64,000 nucleotides of DNA from Dictyostelium discoideum (Eukaryota): contig CM000153.2 of NCBI GenBank assembly GCA_000004695.1, positions 4,832,001 through 4,896,000 of the forward strand, in the 5' to 3' direction. The position numbers and the translations under genes were made by a program. A model generated the notes under the pieces. It searched no databases. It worked only from the letters and a program-made list of their open reading frames with translations, and was not told the origin of the DNA. Positions 24,077 to 38,193 of the stretch are shown here, in pieces (the first letter of the stretch is position 1; each line of letters starts with the position of its first letter).

Positions 24077-24851
24077 TTTCTTTATATGCTTTTTCTTTAT
24101 ATGTTTTTTCTTTTTCTTTTTTTTTTTATTTTTTTTTTCCTCTCTCTACTAAGTAAAAAGTTTTTATATAAATAAATTTCTTTGGAAAAGTTTTTTTGTT
24201 TTTTTGTTTTTTTTTTTTTTTTTTAATTTTTTTTTTTTAATTTTTTTTGCCGAGAAAAACAAATAAATTCAAATAAATTTTGGTGTGTGTTTGTGTGTTA
24301 GTGTGTGATATAAAAGTATTAAATATTTTATTTTATAATTTTTTTTTTTTTTTTTTATAATTTTTTTTTTTGTTTTGTTTTGTTTTTGTTTTTCTATGCA
24401 GTTCCATAAGAACATTCAATCGAATTATATTTTTTTGTGAAATTAAAAAATTAAAAATATCTGAATTGTTTTTTTTTTTATTTTTTTTTTATTTTTTTTT
24501 TCATTTTTTTTATTTTCATTTTTTTTTATTGAATTCAAAAATAATGAATTATAATTTATTAATAAATAAATGAATTAAAAAATAGAAAAAAATAAAAAAA
24601 ATAAAAAAAACTTTATTTGTGATAATTAAAAACCAATTTAGATTAATTTACATAATTTTTATTTAATTTTTTAAAAAAAAAATTTATTTGCATGGTTTGG
24701 TTGAGATTGTTTATTGTTTTTTTTTTTTTTTTATTTTAACTATTTAAAAAAATAAAAAAGGATTGTTTTTAAAAAAAAAAAAGTGAAAAAAATGTTTAAA
24801 TAATAAATAATAAATAATAAATAATAAATAATAAATAATAATAAATGATAA

Positions 24852-25664
24852 TTATGGACTATTTCTTTTTGAAGATAATCTGGTATTTATAATCCAAATT
24901 AATAATTGTTGATAATTATCACAACTTATTAAATAACGTCTTTTTGGAGTTGAAATGATAAAACAAAAAGTACGACCTTCCAATTCTTGAATACTATCAA
25001 TTTGACCACAATCATGTAAACTAATTGAACCACAAGGCGTTTTATCTTGTTCATTTTTAAAATATTCCAAACGGTCATCACCTATAAATTTCATAAATCT
25101 TCTCTTCCAATTCTTTACAATTATACCTTTTTTATATACATATCCTTCTCTCTTTGAAAAATTTAATCTTTTCGCTCCAGGTACATCCTCTGGTACAAAT
25201 GCTTTATCTTCATATTTACATCTAATCCATGCCTCTTTTAATCCATTTGAATCAGCATATGTTGGTCTAATGAAATCAGATGGTACCAATGATTCCCAAT
25301 ATTCTTTAGCTTTAAGATTGGTGGTTTCTTTAAATGCTTCAATTTCACTCTTTAACCAATTATCAAGTTCACAACTTTTAACACGTGATATATGAGTACC
25401 TAATTATTATTATTAATTACTATTATTAATATATTATTTTTATTTATTATTTTATTATTTTATTATTTTTTACATACCTAATCGTCTATGTAAACCTGCA
25501 CAACTTAAACATATAAATATTCCTAAATTAACAGATGCCCATTGTGGTTCAATCATACCACATTCACCACAAAATTGATTCTCTGGTAATTTTAATAATC
25601 CTCTTATTATCTCTTTATTAACTGTATCTATATTAATATCATTAATTGATGATGTCATTGGCAT
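24852..25664 (-). CDS. ArfGAP-domain protein with a C-terminal PH domain, ~244 aa. Exons 25664..25478 and 25399..24852.
   Basis: ArfGAP C4 finger 'CGECGMIEPQWASVNLGIFICLSCAGLHRRLG|GTATGT…ttag|THISRVKSCELDNW'. PH-like 'YVYKKGIIVKNWKRRFMKF…LEYFK…FCFIISTPKRRYLISCD…W'. 735 nt, in frame. Confidence 0.75.
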
Positions 25665-26447
25665 TTTTATTTATTTATTTATTTTATTTATTTATTTTTA
25701 TTTATTTACAAGGGACTAATAGTTAAATTAATTTTTTTTTTTAAAAAAAAAAAAAAAAATTCTCTTTATCTTTTTTTTTTTTTTTTTTAATTTTTTTTTT
25801 TTTTTTTTTATTATTTATAATAAAAAGAGATTGGGTTGGGTAGTACTTTTTTTTTTTTTAAAAAAAAAATGTGTGTCTATTTTTTTTGAAAACTTATAAT
25901 AATTGAAAATAAAAAATAAAATATAAAAAAAAAATGAAATTGTAAAAAAAAAATTATAGATATCGGTGTTAAAAAAAATAAAAAAAAAAAAAATAAAAAA
26001 AAATAAAATAAAAATAATTTAGATTTTTTTTTTTAAATTTTATAAAATTGTTTGGGACCCATTTTAATTTAAAAATCCCAAAAAAAGAACACCCCATCCC
26101 ATTTTAAAAAAAAAAGATTTTTATTCCAAAAAAAAAAAAAAATAAAAAAATAAAAAAAAAATAAAATTAAAAATAAAAAAGATATCTTATTTGTAAAAAC
26201 GATCTTTTTTTTAACAAAAACTGGAATTAACACACCAACTGAAAATTAAAAATTCATTGTGATTTGTCATTTACATTTTTTATTTTTTTTTTTTTAAAAG
26301 TTACCACAACAATTATTCAAAATAAAATCTATAATAATCCGTTTTTGTCAACCCAATTAAATCAATCAAATCAAATCAAATCAAACTAAATCAAAAAAAA
26401 ATAAAAAATAAAAAATAAAAAAAGTTGATTTATTTTTTTATTTTATT

Positions 26448-26561
26448 TTATTTTTTTTTTAAAAATGACAATTCTAAAACTAAAGTTTTTAAATTAAATT
26501 CTTCAACTGATAAAACTACATTATGACCAACTGAGAATGGAATATCTTTTGAATGATCATA

Positions 26562-26651
<90 letters not shown>

Positions 26652-29600
26652 TTTAAAAGGTTTCTTTGAATTTGAGAATTTACTAAAAGAAGCTAATGAA
26701 GAATATTTATATTTTAATAATTCAACAGTAAAAGTTTTAGCACCATAGTCAATTGATTGTACAAGACCAACTAAAATTGGTTTAAATTTTGGATTACTTG
26801 AATTTTTAATTCTTTGACTTGAAATATCTTTATTAATTGATTGAAGTACGAAATAATCAACTAATTTCGATTCAAATGCTTGTTTTAAATCTAAAGTTTT
26901 AATAACTTCATTACCAATCGATGAAATATTATTCCAATTGAAAATTGGGTAAATATCATTTTGATTTTGATATTTTTTAATTAAAATTGAAGTTAATTGA
27001 ATTTGGTTAAATAAATGTGGGAAATTTCTAAGTGGTGAAGTTGCAGCTATAAATGTATTTGTGTTTGAAATACGTTGATAAGTCATTTGGCCAAACCTTT
27101 TATAAAATCCATGAATGCCATTCTTTTTGAAGAAATCTGTTAAAACATCATCGGTTGATGATAAGAATTCGTCGACTATTTCATTACCGATTGAGTGAAA
27201 TGATTTACTGACTTTGAAATCGACGTTACCATGATTAAAAGTGACAGAGTTGTCATTATCGAAAACGACAGTCTTTTTATCATTATCGTTGATGTAAAAA
27301 CCCTGTCTTTTAACTACCAATGAATTCTTGTCATTTGGAATTCTACTGAAATTTTCTAAATTTTTATTATTCTCAATACGGAATTGTTTTCTACGATTTA
27401 ATAAATCATATGCATCATATAATAATTTTTGACCAACACTAAATGATTCAATTACAGTATCGCCATCGGACTTAATTGAATTTAATGAATCCTCAATATA
27501 CCTTGTAGCTTGACCCTTTGTTAATGATACAACATTTGTTAAATAGGTTGGATAAATCTTATAAGAATCAATTTTACCACTACCTTTCAAAAAATTCATT
27601 TCAACAGTAATTGCTGAAATTGGTCTTTCTTTTGATGCACTTGATAATGAAATTGATAAAATTAATTCTGGTGGGAATAAATGATATGTACCTTGTGGGA
27701 AATAAGTTGATTTTAAATTCATAAAACTTGTTTTATATAAAATATTATTTAAAACTGATTCCTGTTCTTCTTTTTGTACTTCTTCTTGTTGTCGTTGTTG
27801 TTGTTGTTGTTCTTGTTGTTGTTCTTGTGGTATCCAACGAGAAACATCAGCAATATGAACATATAATTTATCAAATGTATCACTACTATTAAAATCAATG
27901 CTAAATGCATCATCGACAGCGATGGTTGTTTTATTATCAAGTGCAACCACTGGTAAATTTTCATTAAATATAACTCTATTTTCACTTAATTGATCTTTAA
28001 TTTCATTTGGTTGATTTATAATTTTTTCAATATATTCAAATAATTCGGTACTCCATAACCCAAAATTTGATTTGAATATTCTATCATTTCCATCATATAA
28101 ACAGTCACTATCTTTATCAAGGAAACCAATTGATTTTAATAATTTATTTGCACCTTTTGGAGACACTTCAAATTTTAATTCTGTTAAAATCTTTCTAAAT
28201 GCTTGATCATCTGAAAATGAATTAAATGGTGATAATGCTGCAACCTTTAATAAATTTAAATAATAAACATCACCAATACTTAATTGATTCTCTTTTGAAA
28301 TTATTGATTTATTATTAATTCTATTTTTTTTTAAAATTTTAATTTCTTTTTTTAAAATATCATTTTTTTTTTCTTGATCTTCTTCTTCTTCTTCAGATTC
28401 AGCTTCATTTTCTTCATCCTCTTCAGAATATTCATCTATACTTTCCTTTTCTTCTTCTTCTTCTTCCACTTCTTCTACTTCTTCTTCATCTTTAATAAAT
28501 TCATTATAATTATCAGTTTTATTTAAACTATTTTCTGTATAAATATTTAAAAATTCTTTAAGGAAATCTTCTTCCTCTTCTTCTTCCTCTTCTTCAACTT
28601 GTTCTAAATCATCTTCTAAATCATTAAATTCATCAAGTTGTTTTGAAATATTATTTTGTTTTTCAATTAAATAATTATTGATTTTCTTTATAAAACTATC
28701 TAAAAACTCATTTGTAGTAATAAATTGGAAACCATTTTTAGCTTCTTTTGATTTAATAACATTTGTATTTGTTGAAAGATATTTAAAAGCGAAATAAATT
28801 TGTTTTTTAGTTGGTATTGATGTATTGAAAATTAATTTTGAAACTGTGTTTGAAGTAAATTCTAATTCATTTTTAAATTTTGTATTTAATGAACTTGCTG
28901 ATAAATAACTATTAAATTCATAACTTTCCTTTCTATATTGTTTTTCCAATTCAATTAATTCTGAAATTTTAATTTCACCATATCTTTTTGTGCCCCATAA
29001 ATCAACAATATCAAATTTATTAACATAAATTATATCTGTTGAATAATCGTTATCTTGATCATTATTTTCATTATTATTATTATTGTCAAATGTTTTTAAT
29101 CTTTCAACTTTAAATACTCTCTTATCAGATGACACATCTAATACAATACCAATATAAAATTTATCACCAAATGAGAACTCAATTACTGAATTAATCAAAT
29201 TATAACTACCATCATTATAATAATCATTTAATGGTTTTTTAATTTCATTTACAATTTCTTTACCAAATAATAATCCCATATGTTTTAAACTTTCATTGTT
29301 TTTTTCCAAAATATTAAATTGTTTATTTTTATTGAAAATATCGGAACTGTTTAGTTGTTGTTCTTTTTCTTGTTGAAGTTTTTGACCATTAAATTCTTTT
29401 TCAAGTTGAGTTTGTTCAAATGAATTTTCATTTAAAATTTGTAATTTTTTTTTCATATTACTAGTAACTGAATTTGGATAGAGTAATCTAATTCCCATTG
29501 GTAATCTTTCAATACTTTTAATTGATTCATTTAATTGGTTTTTCTTTTCTTGATTTTTTTTATTCATTTTCTCTCTTTCCAATTCTAATCTTTTCACTTC

Positions 29601-29861
29601 CTTTTTTCTAGCTCTATTTTCTCTTTTTTCAACATCTGTTAATTTCTTTTTATCTTCAATAGATAATGAACTTTTAATTTTTGGTAATGGTAAACTTGAT
29701 ATTCTCTTCACTGTATCATTAATTTGTTGATCATTAAATGTTTCAAAATTTTCATTATTTTTAATATAAAAACGTTTAATTTGTGTTGTTGTTGATATTG
29801 ATGTTGTTACATTATAAATTTTTAAATTATTTTTTATTAAATTTACATTAACTTTTAACAT
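26448..29861 (-). CDS. RNB-domain 3'-5' exoribonuclease (RNase II/R / DIS3 / DSS1 family), 1137 aa, with acidic and poly-N low-complexity inserts. Possibly an organellar (DSS1-like) enzyme.
   Basis: RNB motif I 'IAVDDAFSIDFNSSDTFDKLYVHIADVSRWI' and 'ATSPLRNFPHLFNQIQL' (compare 'TSPIRRYaDlivHrqL'). Single long ORF. (ATT)n at 26570..26650 encodes poly-N. Confidence 0.7.
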
Positions 29862-30285
29862 TATTTAAAAATAATTTATTAATTAATTAAAAAAAAAAAA
29901 AAAATTAAAAAAAAATTAAAAAATAAAAAACTAAAAAACTAAAAAACTAAAAAAACGAGGAAAAAAAAATAAAAATAAAAAAAAAATAAAAATAAAAATA
30001 AAAATAAAAATAAAAAAAAACGAAAGGTTTTTGGTATTAAAAAAATATATTAATTATTTTAAATCATTTTTTTTTTTTTTTCTAAACACTTTTTTAATTT
30101 TTCAATTATTATATTACTTTTTTAATTTTTTATATAAAAAATATTATTATTATTATCCCGAAACCAAATATACATCCAATCAAAATTAATTTTTATATTT
30201 TTATTTTATTTTGATTTTCCCACTTATTTTTTTTTTTTTTTATTTTTCAACAGAAAATTCTGTTGATTAAAAGGCGAAAAAAAAA

Positions 30286-30323
<38 letters not shown>

Positions 30324-30449
30324 AATTTTTTTTATTTTATTTTTTTATTTTTTTAAACGGTTTAAAATTGGGAAATAGTAAATTAAAAAAAATATTATAT
30401 ATAATATATATCTATTTTTTTTGTTTTTCTATAAATAATTAAAATAAAA

Positions 30450-30818
30450 ATGAAATTCATTTTAATTGGAATTTTTTTGATTTCTTTATTGATTTCATCA
30501 GGAAATGCAGATTCAATTATTACATCAAAAGGTTCTCAAATTGATTTAACTACTTTTACACTTCCAACAACAAACACAAGGTAAATTTTTTTTTTTTTTA
30601 TTTTCACTTTTTATAATTATTTTATTTTATTTTTTTTTAGATATTTCAAATTTTTGTGTTTGCACCACACCAAAAATAAATAATTAACCAATTTTTTTTT
30701 TTTTTAATCAACGAAACACTCAAAAAAAAAAAAAAAAAAAAAAAAAAGTTACTCTTATACTGTCGCATCAACCAAGAATATAGTATGTCTTTATTTTTAT
30801 TACTTTAACAAAATTTAG

Positions 30819-30862
<44 letters not shown>

Positions 30863-31567
30863 AAAACTAACTTCAGTTAAATAATAATAGTATTATTTTA
30901 ATGTTATGGATTTTGCAGTTCCATGTAATACTAAAACAGCAGATAAAAACTCATCAATTTGTCAATATATTCCAGGTGCAAATCCACCAACTTCTGAAAA
31001 ATATTATTCATTTGGATCATTTACCAATTCATCAGCATCAGCACTTTCAAGTGGTTATGGCGCACAAATTTCATACAGTTCTTTCACTAATTGCGGTAAA
31101 AATGGTTATAGAACAACCTATATGAACCTTTTTTGCGCAAAACCTGATACTCAATTAGAAGTTACCAGTATTGTTGAACCACAATCTGAGGGTGGTGTTT
31201 CATGTCAACTCACTATTAATATCAATATTCCATGTAAATCAACTTTTATTGGTGGCGGTTGGATTTTCGTAATTGTGTATGTATTAATATATATTAAAAA
31301 AAAAAATTATTTAATTATAATAAATTATTAATTTTATAATTAATTTATTTATTTATTTATTTATTTATTAGACTTTTATCAGTTATAGTTCTTTATATTA
31401 TAATTGGTTCAATTATTAATTGGAAAGTTAGACATCAACATGGTGCAGAAATTTTCCCAAATGTTCATTTTTGGAGAAACTTTGGTGGTTTAATAAAAGA
31501 TGGTGTATTTTTTATCAAAGGAAAAATTACCGGTTCAAGTCAAACACCAGGTTACAGTCAAATTTAA
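30450..31567 (+). CDS. Hypothetical Cys-containing type-I membrane glycoprotein (~211 aa): signal peptide, extracellular Cys domain, one transmembrane helix, short tail. At least 3 exons; junctions uncertain (~30450..30531/30580, 30919..31276, 31372..31567).
   Basis: 'MKFILIGIFLISLLISSGNA' signal peptide. Exon 2 encodes 'VPCNTKTADKNSSICQYIPG…CGKNGY…FCAKPD…SCQL…CKSTFIGGGWIFVI' and ends at GTATGT (31277). Exon 3 (after 'ttatttattag') encodes 'LLSVIVLYIIIGSIINWKVRHQH…GYSQI*'. The strong GTAAAT donor at 30581 is out of phase with the only nearby acceptor. Only the weak GTTCTC donor at 30532 gives a frame-consistent 636-nt CDS. Confidence 0.4.
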
Positions 31568-31742
31568 AAATAAAATTAAATATAAAATAAATTAATTTAT
31601 TATAATAACTTTACCAATTTTTTAAAATTTTTTTTTGTGTGTGTCTGTGTGTGTATGTGTGTAATAAATAAAATAAATAAATAAATTTAAAAAGTTTTTT
31701 TTTTTTTTTAATAAATATATATGTAATTTTTTTTTTTTTATT

Positions 31743-32706
31743 TTATTTTTTTTTATTTTTTGGTTTTAATGGATCACCAAATTGTGAAAAAGTTTCTTTA
31801 TAAATTTGAGATTTTAAAAAGTTTTTATAAGAACCAACTCTAATCATTTCTAAAACAGATTGACCAGCAGATTTAAATGCTTCATGAATATGATCATCAT
31901 TATTTTTAGTTACTGCTTGTTTACATTGAGCTCTGATATCGTATTCAATGTTTACTTCTAATGGTGAACCATCACGAATAAAAGTTTCATAAATGTTATA
32001 AGCAACCTTGAGTGATCTTGGTTTACTTGATTTAACGAATGAATCAGTCTCTAATAGGAATAATAAAATCTCTTCACTCTTTTCTAATTTAACATATTTC
32101 TTGAATGCATCTAACCAATTTGGTTCAGTTAATATAATTGTAAATGGATCATTTGGATCAGAGTCAAAGAAAGTTGTAGATGATTGTTGATTTGTCGTAA
32201 ATCCACTACCACTACCATCATTACTAGTTCTAGGTGAAACACATCCTTGACCACTATTATTAGATCCTTGTTGTGATGACATTGATAATGGTGATGCCGA
32301 TGATGATGAATTACTACTATTACTACCAGTGATACCACCAATTATTGGTAAACCACCTAAACTTGGTGAAAACATTCCAATTACTCCACTTTTAATTCTT
32401 TCACTTACTCCATTTGATGATGATGATGATGACGATGAAGATGATGACGATGACGATGGTGTTGATTGAGAACTTAAATTTGGTGATGAAATTTTACTTG
32501 TACTATTACTACTATTATTATTTATATATGGATTATTTAATGACATTGATGAATTTGAACTTGGTAATTTTGACATATTATTATTATTATTATTACTACC
32601 AGTACTACTATTACTACCTACACTACTACTTAATGATGTTATTGCACTCGAATTATTATTTATATTTAAACTACTACTACCTCCACTATTACTTAAAGAG
32701 CTACTT

Positions 32707-32743
<37 letters not shown>

Positions 32744-35280
32744 TACTATTTGAATTACTACTACTATTATTTAAATTATTATTATTTAAATTATTATTAT
32801 TATTTTGAATATTTAATAAATAAGTTTTATATGATGGTATAACTAATTTGAATTTCTCTTTTAAAATCAACTCAAATTGTTGATCAATTTTTGAATCTTG
32901 TTTAATTTTCTTTTCTTCACGATCAATATATTTTTTCATTTTCTCTTCACGTTGTAACATTTCTTTACAAATATTTGAATTTAAAAATGGTTGAAAATAG
33001 TTATAAGCAATATGTAATAGAATATCTTGAGAAACATTTTTAAACATATTTCTAGTGACTGATTTCGAAGAGATTGCATCTTGAATGGTTTGATATTGAA
33101 TTGTTGTAATTTGTTTATCACAACCTGGTTTCAAATAAATATCATAGATATCCATTGCATACATTTCCAATAATTGATCATCTTGAGTATCTTTAAATTT
33201 ATTAGTTTCTAAATAAAATGAAATCATATTTACAATTTCTGATGGTGTATTATTGTTAACTAAAAATGGTGTAATTAATGGTTCTAATCTTGGTGATAAT
33301 GATAAAACCAATGGCGGTATTATATTATTATTATTTGAATTTATATTTGAACTATTATTATTTGAATTATTATTATTTGAATTGTTGTTATTATTATTAT
33401 TATTATTACAGTTGTCTATATTTAATTGTGACATTAATCCTGAAATATTTGTATTACTATTACTTTTTATTAAACTACTATTTGCTAAACTACTACCACT
33501 ATTTGATGAAACTGGATTCAATTGTTTTAAAAATAGAATGAAATATTCAATTGTAATTGGATTTTTAATAATTGAATCAACTGAATTAATACAATGGAAA
33601 ACACCTCTATTTTCATTTAATAATGTTTCAAAATTTGATAATGACGATAATGGTGATAATGAAATCGGTGATACAGATAATGTTGATGATGATGATGAAT
33701 TTTTAATTAATGTACTTGCTGAATGATATAATGGACTTGTCATAAATAATGGAAACATTGATAAATTTAAAATATTATAAACATTTTCAACTGCTAAAAC
33801 TAAACTTGAATAAAATGGTTGATCTTCTTCGACTGTATTCTTTCTATTTTCAATTAATTGTTTTGATCTTTAACAAAAGTAAATAAAAAAGAAAATTAAC
33901 AAATTAATATTAAATTTAAAATAATAATTAAAAAAAAAAAACATCTACACAACACACTTACTCTGAATCGATATTAATTTCATATTTACAATCATTTGCA
34001 ATATAATTACCATACATATTTAAAAATAAAGTTCTAATTCTATTTCTTGGATAATTATTAGTTTCTAAATCTTTTAAAGTTGTTGCATCTAACCAAAATA
34101 ATAAATTTTCAAGACAATGTTGTTTCTCTGCAAAGATTCTAAATGCTTTTAAATAAATTGGCATATCCAATAAATCTTTAAAATTTTGTGGTGGTACAAT
34201 TAAAACATGTTGTTGTTGTTGATTATTACTATTATTATTCAATAATAATGATGAAGAAGTTGGTGTTGTAATTGGTGATACTGTTGGCGATGAGTTATTT
34301 GAAAAAGCTGGTTTAACTTCTTGATTGAAATTACTTTTACCAAATCTAACAACTTGATGTAAATTTATCATCTTTTTTAAAAAAAAAAATAAAAAATAAA
34401 AAAAACAAAAAAAAAATAAAAAATTAATAAAATGAATATTATTATTATTAATATTATTATTATATATTTACTTGTTTTGAAATGTTAAATAAAAAATCAT
34501 GTTTTCTAGTAACAAATTCAGATAATTCATTTTCAATTAACATTGAATATTTTTCATATTGATACATTGATTGATTTAATTTGGCCATTGTATTTGCAAT
34601 TTTATCACTTGTACTATCAGATATTGATTTTGAATATTTTAATAATAATGATCTTAATTCTTTTCTTTGAACATTTGATTCAACTAAAAATTTATCCATT
34701 TCTTGTTTTAAACTTTTAAAAATTTCTGAATGATCAAATGGAATTCCATTTTCAAATGTATAATCTAATAAAAATCTACACTCTTTCTATAGAAATTTGA
34801 AATTTTAGAGAAAGAGAGAGGGAGAGAAAAAAAAAAAATATTAACATACATGTATGTTAAAAAATAAATATAAAATTTCACTACTTACTAATGTTTGAGG
34901 TAAAACTGAAGCAACTTCTTTATTAAATTGAATTACTGTTGATGAAATTGTAGAGATTGATGGGAATTGTAATGAAACTCTATTAAGATCATTTGATAAA
35001 AAAAATGATGATTGACCAAATGATTCTGCTGAACTTAAAAATGTTCTTGATGCTTCTAATGTATTTATTAATGAACTTCTCAAATTAACCAATGTGTGAA
35101 TATTTGCACTAAACCTTTTGGATGAGATTACTTCCATTTCAATGGAATCTTCTAATAACTATAAAAAAAATTAAAAAATAATAATAATAATAAATTAGTA
35201 ATAAAAAAAAAATTTTAAAAAAAAAAGATATTTTATATTAATAATAATAATTTAGATATAAAACTTACAGTAAAACCCAT
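31743..35280 (-). CDS. Multi-RGS-domain protein, 1043 aa. Exons 35280..35269 (MGFT), 35158..34889, 34786..34472, 34371..33962, 33867..31743.
   Basis: RGS signatures 'KAFRIFAEKQHCLENLLFWLDATTLKD' and 'NWLDAFKKYVKLEKSEEILLFLLETDSFVK…AYNIYETFI'. Donors GTAAGT (35268), GTAAGT (34888), GTAAAT (34471), GTAAGT (33961). Acceptors 'tatag', 'ctatag', 'aaaaag', 'ttaaag'. Total 3132 nt, in frame. Ser/Asn-rich internal low complexity. Confidence 0.65.
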
Positions 35281-35710
35281 TTTCTAATTATTATTGTTAT
35301 TAATATTTTCTTTTTTTTTATTTTTTTATTTTTTTTTTTTTTGTTTTTATTTTTATAGAAATACAATATTATTATTATTATTATTTTTTATTTTATTTTG
35401 TTTTTTTTTTCTTTAGATTTAAATAATGATAATTATAAAACAAACCATAAAAAAAAAAAAAAAAAAAAAAAATTTATAGTTAATAAATAATGTTAAATTG
35501 TTTGAATATTTGATTGATTTTAAAATAAAAAAAGTTAAAAATAAAAGTTATATAAATATTAAAATAATAATAATAATAAAAAAAAAAAAAATAGATTTAA
35601 AGATTAGTATCTAATGAACATGTTATATTATTGTGATTGGTTATTTGAAAAGATATATTTGAGATTTAATTTTATTGTAATAAACACCATAATAGTACCT
35701 TTTTGTTTTG

Positions 35711-35741
<31 letters not shown>

Positions 35742-36190
35742 ATTTTTAAACTTTTTAAATTTTTGACGAGGGTGTGAAATGATTAGATTTATTAATGGAG
35801 TGTGTGTGTTTTTTTTTGTGGTTTGTGATGTTTATTTAAGGTGTAAAATTGGTAAAAATTATAAAAATAAAAAAAAGATTTTTTTAAGTTTGGTAATATT
35901 TACTTAATAAACCTAAATTAAAGTTTTAGGTCTTGTATGCAATTAAATTTTTTTTTTTTTTTTTTTTTTAAATTTCAATTTTGTTTTTTTTATTTTTTTT
36001 AAAAAATTTTTTTTTTTTGATAATTCAACGGAAAGGGTTTTTTTTTTTTTTTTTTTATATTTTTTTATTTTTTTTTTACCAAATCTCTTGAGGAATCGCA
36101 CATCACTCTGAAGGATTTTTTTTTTTTTTTTTTTTTTTTCTTAATTAATTTTATTTTTTTAAGTTTTGTTTTTCCCAATAAAAATTTTCG

Positions 36191-36222
<32 letters not shown>

Positions 36223-36444
36223 CTTAATTGAATTTTCAATTAAAACTTAATTCTTATTGATATTCCCACCCAAATAAACAAAAGAGAATATCATTTTTAT
36301 ATATATTTGTTAATCATTTACCCAAATAAATAAATAAATAAAATAAAAAAAAATAAAAAAATAAAAAAAAAAAATTGGGAAAAAAAATAAAAAAAAAAAA
36401 AAATAAAAAAAAAAAAAAAAAAAATTTTCAAATATAATATTAAA

Positions 36445-37859
36445 ATGTATCACTCTGAAGCAAAAACTAAAAGAATTGTATTCAAAGGTGAATTAGGAGT
36501 ATTTAATAGATTACAATCAATTTATCATGATTCAAATTTTGTAGAAAAAGTTAGAGAATCATTATATAAAGGTTTACCATTAATAGCCAATTTAAGATGT
36601 GGGCTATGGTATAGTGAAAAGTTTGATGCAAAAGTTTATTTCAAATCTACAGATGGTCATTATGGTAATTGGAGTTTCAGTACAAATAGATTAAACCTTC
36701 ATCTATTAGATATAGTAAATAAATTCAATGGTGCAATAATTGTTGATTCAACTAGAAAAGGTAAAAAATTTCCAGACTCTTTCTCTAGAACTATTCCAAT
36801 TTGGACTTGTGTAATTAATAGAGTTTTATTAATTTTAAAAAAGCAACAACAACAAAAGCAACAACAAGAAGAAGAAGAGATTGAATGGGATACGGAATTA
36901 AATATGCCAGGATGGGTTAGTGATAGTGAAAAGGATCAAGTTGAAAATAAAGTTGTAAATAAATTTGTAAATCAATTATTAGAGTGTGGAGCTGATTTAA
37001 GTGGATTTTGTAAAAGTGTTAAAAAACCATTAAGACCAATTTGGATTTGTGTAGAGTCAATATTACAATGGTCAGATTCAATTGTGAATCCGGAGGAATT
37101 AAAATTTCATCCATTATATTTAGTATCATGTTCTGATAATAGAAGAGAGGGTCATCCATCATATCGTCAATATGTTCAAGGTGCTGGTGATGATGAAGAA
37201 CAATGGTCTTTTGGTTTAACTCCACAATTATTTTGGTCAAATCATAAAGAAATTTTAGCACAAAATAGAGATTACATTGAAGATTATATTTCACAATTAT
37301 TATTAGATTCAAAAATTAATTCAATTGAAATTGTTGATGAAATTAGTAATGAAAATGATGATAATAATAGTAATAATAATAATAATATTAATAATAATAA
37401 TATTGATTTTGGAGAAATTGATAAAGTTGGTGAAACTAATTTCTATATTAGTGATTCTTTAAAATGTAATTATTTTTTTTATTTATTTTAAAATTTTATT
37501 TTTTATTTACTAATTTTGTTTTAAAAAAAAAAAAAAAAAAATTAAAATAAAAAAGGTTTAAATAATAAAATTTGGAATAAATTTGATATTATTTTAAATT
37601 GTTCAGAAATTATTTATAAAGGAATTGTAAATGAAGAAGAAGGAAAAGATCAAGTTAGAAAATCAAATTATTTACATTTACCAATTAGAGAAGGTAAAAT
37701 TGGTAAAAATGATTTATTTAATCAATTACAACAAGCAGAAGATTTCATTATTAAAAAATTAATTGAAAATCCAAATTATAAAATATTAATTCATTCAACT
37801 ACTGGTAAAGCAAATTGTGTTTCAATTATAATGGCAATAATTACAAAATACTTTTTAAA

Positions 37860-37937
<78 letters not shown>

Positions 37938-38193
37938 TGGAAAGGATAATAATTCTGAAGATGATGATAATGATGATGAAGAAATTAATGAAAGTAATTT
38001 TTATTTTAAATTTTCAAATTCACCAAAATTTAAAGTTGAAAAAATTGATATAAAAATATCTTATTTATTCATTGAAAAATATTGTTCTCAGTCACTTCCA
38101 TGTAAATCAATGAGATTGGCTGTAAACAAACATTTAATGTCACCAAAACCAAGTTTGGTTTATAAAGGTTATTTAAAAGAAAATAAAAAATAA
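36445..38193 (+). CDS. Rit1-like initiator-tRNA 2'-O-ribosylphosphate transferase (N-terminal Rit1 domain plus C-terminal inactive DUSP-like domain). Two exons; the likely intron (37346..37606) removes an Asn-rich segment.
   Basis: 'GLPLIANLRCGLWY', 'RTIPIWTCVIN', 'RPIWICVESIL…GHPSYRQYVQGAGDDEEQWSFGLTPQLFW'. Exon 2 reads 'KIIYKGIVNEEEGKDQVRKSNYLHLPIREGKIG…ILIHSTTGKANCVSIIMAI'. The donor 'a|GTAATG' at 37346 plus acceptor 'ttcag' at 37606 give 1488 nt in frame. The alternative donor at 37466 would create a TAA. Confidence 0.55.
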
